Origin: Wolbachia endosymbiont of Dirofilaria (Dirofilaria) immitis
Lineage (GTDB): Bacteria; Pseudomonadota; Alphaproteobacteria; Rickettsiales; Anaplasmataceae
Length of the DNA: 32,000 nucleotides
Assembly: GCF_013365455.1 (NCBI RefSeq)
Contig: NZ_CP046578.1
Span: forward strand, 750,001 to 782,000
Direction: 5' to 3'
The position numbers and the translations under genes are program-made. Positions 19,793 through 29,006 of the stretch are shown here, one piece after another; positions within the stretch are counted from its first letter, which is position 1; each line of letters starts with the position of its first letter. The notes beneath the pieces were generated by a model. The model searched no databases, was not told where the DNA came from, and saw only the letters and a program-made list of their open reading frames with translations.

Positions 19793-21709
19793 TCAGCAAT
19801 AGGCAATACTACTCTTAATTACCTCAACATTCTCTCTTGGCAGTTCCTTAATGAATCGAGAGGTATACATTGATTGCCATTGATTGTTCATTTCCCTTCT
19901 GCCTGCGCATGAAATAATTAACTTTTCTTTTGCTCTAGTTATTCCGACATATGCAAGCCTTCTCTCTTCCTCTAAAGCTCTGCCACTCTCATCTTTAAAG
20001 GATTTTTGATGTGGAAACAATCCTTCTTCCCATCCAGGTAAAAACACACACGGAAATTCAAGCCCTTTAGCTGCATGAAGAGTCATAACGTATACAGTAT
20101 CGTCGCTATTCATGTTATCCACTTCCATTACTAAGCTTATATGTTCCAAGAAAGCTGTGATATTGTCAAACTTTTTTAAAGATGAAATAAGTTCTCTAAC
20201 ATTTTCTACCCGTGTTAAGCCTATCACTTCCTCATTTTCAAGCATTTTCATATATCCTGATTGATTTACCACAATTTTAGCAAATTTATCCAGTGGCTTT
20301 ACGCTTACTATTTCTTTCCAAGCTTCAATTCTACTTAAAAAATCATTGAGTGAAAACTTAATCCTTCCAGTTACTTGATTGCCATCTACTAGTGCTCTTG
20401 CTGCCTCAAAAAAAGAAGTTTTGTTATCTTGAGCAATCGTATATATTTTTTTTAGAGTCATAGCTCCTATGCTCCGCTTTGGTCGGTTCACGATCCTTTC
20501 AAAAGCTAAGTCATCGTTGGTATTCATAACAAGTCTTAAATATGCAATTATATCTCTGACTTCTTGGCGTTCATAGAATTTTACGCCGCTTATAATCTTG
20601 TAGGGAATTGAATATTTCATAAAATACTCTTCTAGAACTCTAGTTTGAAAAACAGCCCTTACTAACACCGCAATGTCACTAAATCTATATTTGTTGAGCT
20701 TCAATATCCACTCACTTATAAACCTTGCTTCAGCTTTACCATCCCACAATTTTATCAGATTTACCTTTTCCCCTTTAGCGTTTACTGTCCATAACTTTTT
20801 CTCTAAGCGGGCTTTATTATGATTAATAATATATGATGCAGTTGCAAGTATGTGGGATGTAGATCTATAGTTACACTCTAATTTGACGGTTTTCACATTT
20901 TCAAAATCGTTAAAAAACTTCAAAATATTTCCAACTTCTGCACCACGCCAACTGTATATTGACTGATCATCATCTCCTACACAACAAATATTTGAATGCC
21001 CCTTTGCTAGGCACTTTAGCCAAATATATTGTATTGCATTCGTATCTTGATACTCATCCACCACAATATACCTGAACTTATTTTGGTAGTAGAACAAAGT
21101 TTCAGCATTTTGATTGAAAAGTTGTATATTGTACAATAGTAAATCACCAAAATCAACAGAGTTAAGAAACTTCAACCTTTCTTGATATTGGTTATAAACT
21201 TTAAGTGCAGTCACATACAAAGGCCTGAACGATTGAATATTCCCCACTTCAGATGGCAACAAACACTTCTCTTTCCATTGCTGAATAATACCCATAACAG
21301 CCCTACATTTCTCTAATAAGCAGTCATGATTCATCTCATTAATGATATTTTTTATTATCTGTAATTGATCATCCGTACCAATGATTGTAAAATTGGAGTT
21401 CAAACCCACAATCTCAGCATGACGGCGCAAAATTTTCGCTGCAATTGTATGAAAGGTACCAAGCCATGGTATATTTACACCCGTAAGTTCAAGTACTCTT
21501 GATACCATTTCACTTGCAGCTTTGTTTGTGAATGTAACCGCTAATATCCCATTAGAACTAGCGTAGCCACTTCTAATTATATGTGCTATCCTTGAAGTAA
21601 TGGTTCTCGTTTTCCCAGTCCCAGCTCCCGCCAATATCAAAACCGGCCCATTTACATTAGTTACAGCTAATTGTTGCTCAGTATTCAGTAGTGAGAAATA
21701 ATCTTCCAT
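19793..21709 (-). CDS. uvrD: ATP-dependent DNA helicase, UvrD/Rep/PcrA (SF1A) family
   Basis: 638 aa. It has Walker A AGAGTGKT, motif Ia AVTFTNKAA, motif II VVDEYQDTN, motif III GDDDQSIYSWRGA, motif IV NYRS, and motifs V/VI MTLHAAKGLEF...LAYVGITRAK. It is shorter than typical UvrD (~720 aa). Confidence 0.88.
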   Translation of the reverse strand: MEDYFSLLNTEQQLAVTNVNGPVLILAGAGTGKTRTITSRIAHIIRSGYASSNGILAVTFTNKAASEMVSRVLELTGVNIPWLGTFHTIAAKILRRHAEIVGLNSNFTIIGTDDQLQIIKNIINEMNHDCLLEKCRAVMGIIQQWKEKCLLPSEVGNIQSFRPLYVTALKVYNQYQERLKFLNSVDFGDLLLYNIQLFNQNAETLFYYQNKFRYIVVDEYQDTNAIQYIWLKCLAKGHSNICCVGDDDQSIYSWRGAEVGNILKFFNDFENVKTVKLECNYRSTSHILATASYIINHNKARLEKKLWTVNAKGEKVNLIKLWDGKAEARFISEWILKLNKYRFSDIAVLVRAVFQTRVLEEYFMKYSIPYKIISGVKFYERQEVRDIIAYLRLVMNTNDDLAFERIVNRPKRSIGAMTLKKIYTIAQDNKTSFFEAARALVDGNQVTGRIKFSLNDFLSRIEAWKEIVSVKPLDKFAKIVVNQSGYMKMLENEEVIGLTRVENVRELISSLKKFDNITAFLEHISLVMEVDNMNSDDTVYVMTLHAAKGLEFPCVFLPGWEEGLFPHQKSFKDESGRALEEERRLAYVGITRAKEKLIISCAGRREMNNQWQSMYTSRFIKELPRENVEVIKSSIAYC

Positions 21710-22394
21710 TTACAGCTCTATAGATTACAACTCCATAAAGTTAAAACTATAATCCAGATATTGCAAAGGTTTTATTGGATATAATGGTAAAAACATACTA
21801 TTTTCAATCAGTATATAACGAAATATTAGCTATTTTTATTCAGTGGCATCAAATATTTGTTGAGATCAGTAACTAATCTAAACTAAAACTTTCGTTTATC
21901 AGGTAGCAAGTAAAGCTTTGAATGAGTTGAATGTATGGTTTAATTTTAGCATTCCTATTTCTCCAACTTTAACAGGAAGCTCTGAGATATAGTATCAGTT
22001 ATGCACTGTAGGCCTTCTAGTGAGATTTTCACATATTTTTCAACTCCGCTCTAATATCATAATACACAAGCTTTTTCTTTAAATTCTCTCTATGATCTAT
22101 CTAAACTAGCTAATATATACTGAAGTAAATTGCTTTGCAAGCTTCCTCTGATGGCGCATTGACAACTTTTCTAACAAGGCGCTATCTCATAGTATTACAG
22201 CTTCTTCAAAAACCATATATAATATAGCTTTATAGCTACATTAACTACTAATATATACCATAGGTAAAAACTAAATTATTACAATAAATCAACCTTACCA
22301 TTTGTATCATATAAAATTTTTGTTTTAAACTTGTTTTAGGTAATAAAAATTATTAAAGAACATCGATAATGATACTATTGTATCTATGCCATAG

Positions 22395-22468
22395 TGGGAT
22401 TGGTAGGACTCGAACCTACGACCAATTCGTTATGAGCGAACTGCTCTAACCAACTGAGCTACAATCCC
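22395..22468 (-). tRNA. tRNA with CAU anticodon: elongator tRNA-Met or lysidine-modified tRNA-Ile2 (not initiator)
   Basis: The reverse complement folds as GGGATTG-TA-GCTC-AGTTGGTTA-GAGC-A-GTTCG-CTCATAA-CGAAT-TGGTC-GTAGG-TTCGAGT-CCTAC-CAATCCC-A (74 nt). G1-C72 is paired and the anticodon stem lacks three G-C pairs, so it is not tRNA-fMet. Sequence alone cannot separate Met from Ile2. Confidence 0.88.
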
Positions 22469-22510
22469 TTCCATTAGGGTATGATAATACACATAAAAAC
22501 AAATTTGTCA

Positions 22511-22834
22511 TTAGCTTATTTTACTATCAACCCAACTTGATAAATCATTTACTATACCAATTTTACGTGCAATTTCCCTACCATCTTGAAATATGATCAA
22601 AGTAGGTATAGATTGAATTCCACATTCGCTTGGAACCTCAGTTCCTTCACTTACATTGAACTTGCAGATTTTGATCTCACCTTTTTTATCTTGAGCCAAT
22701 TGCTCAATATATGGCATTAAACTTTTACACGGTCTACACCACTCTGCCCAAAAATCTACTAATACAAACCCCTTATAGTCAATGACTTCAGACTTAAAAT
22801 TCCGATCATCTATTGATTTAATACCACCACCCAT
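22511..22834 (-). CDS. trxA: thioredoxin (active site WCRPC instead of canonical WCGPC)
   Basis: 107 aa. VLVDFWAEWCRPCKSLMPYIEQLA...IQSIPTLIIFQDG matches the thioredoxin fold, including the cis-Pro (IPT). The AGA (Arg) codon was checked on the DNA at 22733-22735. Confidence 0.9.
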   Translation of the reverse strand: MGGGIKSIDDRNFKSEVIDYKGFVLVDFWAEWCRPCKSLMPYIEQLAQDKKGEIKICKFNVSEGTEVPSECGIQSIPTLIIFQDGREIARKIGIVNDLSSWVDSKIS

Positions 22835-22954
22835 AAAACACTTAACTTAACTAAAATAGTTATAACATACTTACCAGTAACTAATCAATTAAATTCTTCT
22901 AAGTAGCCTGAAAAATTGTTATAAAGTCTGCATAAAGACATAAAGAAAAAAACA

Positions 22955-23575
22955 TTACACCTGATGACTAAAAATATCTATATTCTCCCATCCCATTAGA
23001 TCTAATCTAACACGAACAGGAAGAAATTCAAAGCACTTTTGTGCCAATTCTTTTCTGTTTTCACGCTCCAGCATTGAATCTAGCTTTTCCTTTATTTTAT
23101 GGAGATATAAAATATCAGACGCGGCGTAACTTTTTTGTTTATCTGTTAAACTTTCATTCCCCCAATCAGAAGATTGTTGTTGCTTATTTAACTTGATATC
23201 AAGCAGCTCCAAGCATAACTCCTTTAAACTGTGGTTGTCTGTATAAGTGCGAACTAAACGTGAAGCTATTTTTGTACAATAGCATGGCAGTGCCCAGATT
23301 CCTAAATAGTAGCGTATTATGCTAACATCAAACCGTGCAAAGTGAAATATTTTAGTTATATTTTCATCACTCAATATTTTTTTTAAATTTGGAGCTGTAT
23401 AACCATTTTTAAATTGAATCAAGTGAGCACTCCCATCATCAAAAGAGAGCTGCACAAGGCATAACCTATCCCTGCCATGAAGTAGCCCCATTGCCTCTGT
23501 GTCAACAGCTATAGACCTTATGTTGCCTGGTACTAAGCTAGTCGGTAAGTCATCCTCATATACAAATATCCTCAT
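22955..23575 (-). CDS. rnd: 3'-5' exonuclease, DEDDy family, short RNase D-like protein without HRDC domains
   Basis: 206 aa. Exo I is IAVDTEAMGL, Exo II is KIFHFARFDVSII, and Exo III is YAASDILYLHKI (Y-x3-D). The length covers only the catalytic domain. Confidence 0.8.
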   Translation of the reverse strand: MRIFVYEDDLPTSLVPGNIRSIAVDTEAMGLLHGRDRLCLVQLSFDDGSAHLIQFKNGYTAPNLKKILSDENITKIFHFARFDVSIIRYYLGIWALPCYCTKIASRLVRTYTDNHSLKELCLELLDIKLNKQQQSSDWGNESLTDKQKSYAASDILYLHKIKEKLDSMLERENRKELAQKCFEFLPVRVRLDLMGWENIDIFSHQV

Positions 23576-23719
23576 AAGGCTTTGCAGAATACTGAAAGAT
23601 CAATAATAATTGAAAGTGAGTTTTAAGTACACAAATATATAGATACAGTTCTTAAATTTTTAGGACGCATAGGGTTTACAAATTGTTGTATGTACCTATA
23701 ATTTAAGATCAGATTAACC

Positions 23720-23792
23720 GCGGAAGTAGTTCAGTTGGTAGAACGCAACCTTGCCAAGGTTGAGGCCGAGGGTTCGAGCCCCTTCTCCCGCT
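23720..23792 (+). tRNA. tRNA-Gly (anticodon GCC)
   Basis: Hand fold: GCGGAAG-TA-GTTC-AGTTGGTA-GAAC-G-CAACC-TTGCCAA-GGTTG-AGGCC-GAGGG-TTCGAGC-CCCTT-CTCCCGC-T (73 nt). The discriminator is U73, as in tRNA-Gly. There is one A5:C68 mismatch in the acceptor stem. Confidence 0.9.
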
Positions 23793-24203
23793 CTTTACCT
23801 TAAAATTACTTAATCAAAAATCCCTCAATTTCTCTTACCTTAAAAACTATTTGTTCACTTTAGCACCCTATACAAACTAGAGTATTTAGCATCCCATGTT
23901 GAAACTTTTTGTACTATATACAATTTCATATTTTTATAAAACTTCCGTATTTTTGCCTACAAAAGCTAAAATGTATCCATAAGGCACTCATGGTAGCAAA
24001 AAACGCTAAATAAACAAGAAAGTATTTGAATACTAGCTGCTCTAGATCTCCTTTGCCTTTTTTAGCTTAGCAATTTTTTAAAGTACTTATAGCTCAAAAT
24101 AACTACTCAAACTATCAACAACCATCACTCTGTTATGTACTAATGGCTGAGAGATAGCATTAATGAACTGCAGCATGCCAAATAGAGAAATCTAAATAAG
24201 CTT

Positions 24204-24542
24204 TCAATTAATAACAGCCAAAGCCCTTTCCGAAATATCAATTTCTTCTATATCTATAACTTTATTACCTTTATCAAACAAAATCTGCAGAGATTTACTA
24301 CTATACTTTCTTCTTCCTAAGAAATTAGATTGTTTTATTTTATACGAGATATAATACCAAACATTTTCATCAAACTGAGATATTAATGTTGGTGCTCCCA
24401 AAGTATGAAGCACTTTTTCTTTATCATCACCTGTTTTTATCTTGCTCCATAACTCAACACTAATACCTGGAGCTCCATGATTATAAACGGTATGTGTGCA
24501 GTTTGTTAAAAATAATAGAGCTAAGGATATCAATACTCGCAT
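24204..24542 (-). CDS. bamE: outer-membrane lipoprotein of the BamE (SmpA/OmlA) family
   Basis: 112 aa. The signal peptide MRVLISLALLFLTNC ends in a Cys (lipobox-like LTNC, with an atypical Asn at -1). G..KEKVLHTLGAPTLISQFDENVWYYISY resembles the SmpA/OmlA core. The assignment is from motif memory only. Confidence 0.65.
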   Translation of the reverse strand: MRVLISLALLFLTNCTHTVYNHGAPGISVELWSKIKTGDDKEKVLHTLGAPTLISQFDENVWYYISYKIKQSNFLGRRKYSSKSLQILFDKGNKVIDIEEIDISERALAVIN

Positions 24543-24675
24543 CTCTTTGATAAACCACTGTGAGAGTACAATACATTAGTAAACTACTTATAGTCAAATT
24601 TTACAAAAGTTAAATTGACTGATCTTTGGTATTGCTTAATATAATATTTACTTTAAGAAAATAATTAGGTGCCCT

Positions 24676-25671
24676 ATGTCATTGCTAAAATCAGATCCAA
24701 TATATAAGCCCTTTAATTACCCCTGGGCATATGATGCTTGGCTACAGCAGCAAAGGATACATTGGATACCTGAAGAAGTTTCACTTGCTGATGATGTAAA
24801 GGATTGGAAAACTAAGCTTTCAGGTATAGAAAAAAACCTGCTAACTCAGATTTTCAGATTCTTCACCCAAGCAGATATTGAAGTAAACAACTGCTACATG
24901 AGGCATTACACAAATATATTTAAACCAACAGAAATATGCATGATGCTTGCAAGCTTTTCCAACATGGAAACTATACATATTGCAGCCTATTCATACCTTC
25001 TAGATACAATTGGTATGCCAGAAAGTGAGTACCAAGCATTTTTAAAATATGATGCTACAAGAAAGAAGTATGAGTACATGCTGGAGTTTGAAGAGAGTAA
25101 AAAACACGATAAAAAACATGTAGCTAAAACTCTAGCAGTGTTTGGTGCGTTTACTGAGGGACTACAGTTATTTGCATCTTTTGCAATTCTTCTTAATTTT
25201 CAACGCTTTGGAAAAATGAAAGGTATGGGACAAATAATCTCCTGGTCAGTACGCGACGAAACTTTACACACTAACTCAATTATTAATTTATTTAATACTT
25301 TTATTAAAGAAAATAATGAAATTTGGAATGAAGAGTTTAAAGAGGAACTATATTCTGCATGCCGCACTATTGTTAAACTTGAAGACGAATTTATAAAGCT
25401 TGCTTTTGATTTAGGAGACGTTGAAGGATTATCTGCAGAGGAAGTGCGCAATTATATACGCTACATAGCAAACAGAAGATTAACACAGTTGAATTTGAAA
25501 CCTATATATGATATTAGTAATAATCCTCTCCCGTGGCTTGATGAAATACTAAATGGTGTAGAACATACAAACTTCTTTGAAAACAGAGTAACAGAATACA
25601 GCCGTGCAGCAACTCAAGGTACATGGGAAGAAGCTTTCGCTGAAAACGATACTAACAATAAAGAGAGCTAA
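24676..25671 (+). CDS. nrdB: ribonucleoside-diphosphate reductase beta subunit (class Ia R2)
   Basis: 331 aa. The di-iron ligands and radical site are FFTQADIEV and FSNMETIHIAAYSYLLD (E-x2-H with Tyr at +7, so a tyrosyl-radical type). SWSVRDETLH is the second ExxH. No nrdA is adjacent. Confidence 0.93.
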   Translation: MSLLKSDPIYKPFNYPWAYDAWLQQQRIHWIPEEVSLADDVKDWKTKLSGIEKNLLTQIFRFFTQADIEVNNCYMRHYTNIFKPTEICMMLASFSNMETIHIAAYSYLLDTIGMPESEYQAFLKYDATRKKYEYMLEFEESKKHDKKHVAKTLAVFGAFTEGLQLFASFAILLNFQRFGKMKGMGQIISWSVRDETLHTNSIINLFNTFIKENNEIWNEEFKEELYSACRTIVKLEDEFIKLAFDLGDVEGLSAEEVRNYIRYIANRRLTQLNLKPIYDISNNPLPWLDEILNGVEHTNFFENRVTEYSRAATQGTWEEAFAENDTNNKES

Positions 25672-25770
25672 TCAGCTTCCTTGTGCACTATCTCCCGTCA
25701 TTCAAGTAGCTTTTTATATTTGTATTTAAAATTAATGAAGCATCATTATCAAAACAACTAGTCTCATAGA

Positions 25771-25812
25771 ATAAGTGATTTATATTTTATTTATAACATA
25801 TAAATCACTTAT
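25771..25812. repeat. perfect 15-bp inverted repeat with 12-nt spacer (ataagtgatttatat-tttatttataac-atataaatcacttat)
   Basis: The arms 25771-25785 and 25798-25812 were verified by hand as exact reverse complements. The repeat starts 100 nt downstream of the nrdB stop, and no U-tract follows on either strand. Confidence 0.9.
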
Positions 25813-26277
25813 ATAAACTCTAGAATACAAAATAAACTTTTAGAAAACCGTAAGTATAAAAAGGAGCATAAGTATCATTTGCTTAGATTATTTAATGACG
25901 GTAAAAATAGTAGCAACAATAGAAGCTAGCTATACTAAGTATTTTAATAGATCTTATGCTGAGCATCGCAACTTATTCCCTTTGACAATAAGTATAATTA
26001 CCAGCCACATCTCTGTAATACTATTAATTGTAAATTTCACCACAATTCTTCCCCTACCAGAGATCTAAACGATCATAATATAAGCAAATTATTAAAAGCA
26101 ATTATGTACTCAAGCAGGCTATTTATCATAAACATTGCACTGGAATCGGTTTTATCATATTATTACATATGATATTATCTCATAATTAAATTAAATTCTT
26201 TACTAACCTCATTGTAGCATGATACCATAATTAGGATCACTACAGAAGTAAAAAAATATATCTAACAAACCAATCAC

Positions 26278-26305
26278 AAAGAAAGAAAGAAAGAAAGAAA
26301 GAGAG
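26278..26305. repeat. tetranucleotide microsatellite (AAAG)6 followed by (AG)2
   Basis: 26278-26301 reads aaag six times in tandem and then agag. It lies about 100 nt downstream of the secA stop, in the nrdB/secA convergent spacer. Confidence 0.9.
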
Positions 26306-26405
26306 AATCTAAGCCTTCTCGACAAGGTAAAACAAGAACACCTATTGAATGAAAAGTTAAGTGAAACCAGCCATAGTAATATAAAAGACAAGCAAATCCA
26401 AGCTC

Positions 26406-29006
26406 CTAATTTACTAGAGTAATCGCGCCATGGCAGTGCTTATATTTTTTTCCTGAGTTACAAGGACATTTATCGTTTCTTGAGACTTTAGGAAAGTTGT
26501 TTCTTTTAGTAAAATATAATCTGTTGCCTATTTCTTGGTTATCTGATAACTTAAAATACGCCAGGCGATGAACAGTAAGCTCCTTCCATTTTTTAAGCAT
26601 CGACTCAAATATCAAAAAAGCTTCACGTTTAAATTCATTCAATGGATCCTTCTGTCCCATGGCACGTAAATTTATGCTTTGTCTTAAGCTTTCTAAAATT
26701 GAAAGGTGTTCTCTCCATAGATGATCAAGTGTTATGACCATCACTTGCTTCACTACCTTATTCCATAAATCTGTAGTATACTGACTATTAAAATACTCCT
26801 CTTTTTCAGTAAAAAACTTTCGCATCTTATCATTTATATAACCCAATGCTTCTTGTTTATTCAAAAATTCTGCTAAAGCTTCTTTATTAAGTGCCATCCC
26901 ATACCTTGTACAGAATTCTTTGACAATATCATCAATATAATCCTCATAATAACCACTTTGCACCACACTTTCTATTACTTCCTTATTCACTTCACTATAT
27001 ACTTCAAATAAATCATTAATTTCATTACCTAAGATATGATTTCTCTGTTCAAAAATAACTTTACGTTGATTATTAATCACATCATCAAACCTAAGCAGAG
27101 ATTTTCGCACATCATAGTTTCGAGCTTCAACTTTTTTCTGTGCTTTCTCAAGCGCCTTATTGAGCCACGGATGATGAATCGCTTCGTTGTTTTTCAGCCC
27201 TATCCTTTGTAAAAAGCTTCTCACCCTATTAGAACCAAATATTCTCATTAAATCATCTTCAAGCGACAAAAAGAACTTAGAAAGTCCAGGATCACCTTGA
27301 CGGCCAGAGCGACCACGTAATTGATCATCTATTCTCCTACTTTCATGCCTCTCGGTTCCAATGACACATAAACCACCAGCTTTTATAGCAATTTCCCTAT
27401 CTTTTTTTACTCTTTCAACTATCTCTTGATATTTTTTTTCTCTTTCATCAGCATCTTTTACTTTTTTCAACTCCACTTTTGCTATCATTTCAACATTTCT
27501 GCCAAGCTGAATATCAGTTCCACGTCCTGCCATGTTAGTTGCTATAGTAATACTACCTGGTGCTCCAGCTTGTGCTATTATGTATGCCTCTTGTTCATGG
27601 TAGCGAGCATTCAATACTGAATGCTTAAGAGAGTGACTTCGCAAAAGCGCAGAAAGCTTCTCAGAATTTTCAATGCTTACTGTACCGACAAGGACTGGTT
27701 GAAGACGCTTATGGCATTCCTCTATAAATTTTAATACAGCATTAAACTTTTCTTTTTCTGTGCCATAAATCTCATCATCAGCATCTATTCTCTTTACAGG
27801 CACATTAGTTGGAACTTTTACTACATTTAGCCTATATATATCACGAAATTCTTCTGCCTCTGCTGCTGCTGTTCCAGTCATACCAGAGAGTTTATTGTAC
27901 ATACGAAAATAATTCTGAAATGTGACTGATGCTAAAGTTTGGTTCTCATGCTGAACCTCAAGATTTTCCTTCGCCTCAAGTGCTTGGTGAAGACCATCAG
28001 AATACCTTCTACCCTCTATGATACGTCCAGTAAACTCATCGATAATCACTACCTTGCCATCCTTTATTATATAATCTTTATCAACAGTAAACAGCTCATG
28101 CGCACGCAATGCTTGATCCACATAATGAGTCATTATCATATTATTGGTATCATATAGTGAAGAATTCTCAGGAATGAGATTATATGATTTAAGTAGCTCT
28201 TCTACTCGTGAAATACCATCTTCAGTAAGGAATACTGCTCTACCCTTTTTATCTACCTCATAATCAGAACTAACTAACTTAGTAACTATTTTATCTATGC
28301 GCTTATATATCTGATTGTTTTCTTCAACTGGACCAGAAATAATAAGCGGAGTCCGTGCTTCATCGATTAATATGGAATCTACTTCATCTACTATTGCATA
28401 ATTGAAACCTCTATGAACCATATCCTCTTGAGAAAATTTCATATTGTCCCGAAGGTAATCGAAAGCAAGCTCATTGTTCGTTGAATACACAATATCTGCA
28501 CCATAAGCTTCTTTCCTCTCTGCATCTGTTAAACCATTTATAATAAATGCAACAGAGACACCAAGAGAATTATATAACTTACTCATCCATTCTGCATCAC
28601 GTTTTGCAAGGTAGTCGTTAACAGTTACAACATGTACACCTTTCCCCTCCAAAGAATTAAGGTATGCAGCTAAAGTTGCAACAAGTGTCTTTCCCTCTCC
28701 TGTTTTCATCTCTGATATCATACCATTATGAAGGACCATTCCACCAATTAGCTGAACATCAAAGTGCCTCATATTAAGAAACCTACGAGAGGCTTCACGT
28801 ACAACTGCAAAAGCAGGCACAAGAAGATTATTTAATGTTTTTCCATTCTTTAATTCTCGTTTAAACTCTTTAGTCTTACCAGCAAGTTCCTCATCAGATA
28901 AGCTCCTCATTTTCAGCTCTAGTGCATTTACTTGTTGAACAATCTTTTTAAAAGAATTCATTAGCTTCCTGTTCGTCATCCTCCTTACAAAAAGGAGAGA
29001 CAACAT
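26406..29006 (-). CDS. secA: preprotein translocase ATPase SecA
   Basis: It has Walker [11 protein letters not shown], the DEAD-like [33 protein letters not shown], and the C-terminal zinc motif [14 protein letters not shown]. The ORF track extends to ATG 29072 (888 aa). However, [15 protein letters not shown]... from ATG 29006 (866 aa) aligns with canonical SecA N-termini (MLxxLxxxxFGxxNxRxL), so I call 29006. Confidence 0.93.
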   Translation of the reverse strand: MLSLLFVRRMTNRKLMNSFKKIVQQVNALELKMRSLSDEELAGKTKEFKRELKNGKTLNNLLVPAFAVVREASRRFLNMRHFDVQLIGGMVLHNGMISEMKTGEGKTLVATLAAYLNSLEGKGVHVVTVNDYLAKRDAEWMSKLYNSLGVSVAFIINGLTDAERKEAYGADIVYSTNNELAFDYLRDNMKFSQEDMVHRGFNYAIVDEVDSILIDEARTPLIISGPVEENNQIYKRIDKIVTKLVSSDYEVDKKGRAVFLTEDGISRVEELLKSYNLIPENSSLYDTNNMIMTHYVDQALRAHELFTVDKDYIIKDGKVVIIDEFTGRIIEGRRYSDGLHQALEAKENLEVQHENQTLASVTFQNYFRMYNKLSGMTGTAAAEAEEFRDIYRLNVVKVPTNVPVKRIDADDEIYGTEKEKFNAVLKFIEECHKRLQPVLVGTVSIENSEKLSALLRSHSLKHSVLNARYHEQEAYIIAQAGAPGSITIATNMAGRGTDIQLGRNVEMIAKVELKKVKDADEREKKYQEIVERVKKDREIAIKAGGLCVIGTERHESRRIDDQLRGRSGRQGDPGLSKFFLSLEDDLMRIFGSNRVRSFLQRIGLKNNEAIHHPWLNKALEKAQKKVEARNYDVRKSLLRFDDVINNQRKVIFEQRNHILGNEINDLFEVYSEVNKEVIESVVQSGYYEDYIDDIVKEFCTRYGMALNKEALAEFLNKQEALGYINDKMRKFFTEKEEYFNSQYTTDLWNKVVKQVMVITLDHLWREHLSILESLRQSINLRAMGQKDPLNEFKREAFLIFESMLKKWKELTVHRLAYFKLSDNQEIGNRLYFTKRNNFPKVSRNDKCPCNSGKKYKHCHGAITLVN

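Noticed and set aside
23793-23852. Imperfect direct repeat ct(t)taccttaaaa just 3' of tRNA-Gly (about 45 nt apart). More generally, the idea that the spacers next to the three tRNAs are eroded integrated elements.
   Set aside because: The repeats do not include the tRNA 3' end. I see no integrase or phage remnants, and no copy of any tRNA 3' segment in the adjacent spacers.
26209-26391. 60-aa minus-strand ORF downstream of secA
   Set aside because: Its sequence (SLSFFLSFF...) is generated by the (AAAG)6 microsatellite, so it is an artefact of the repeat.
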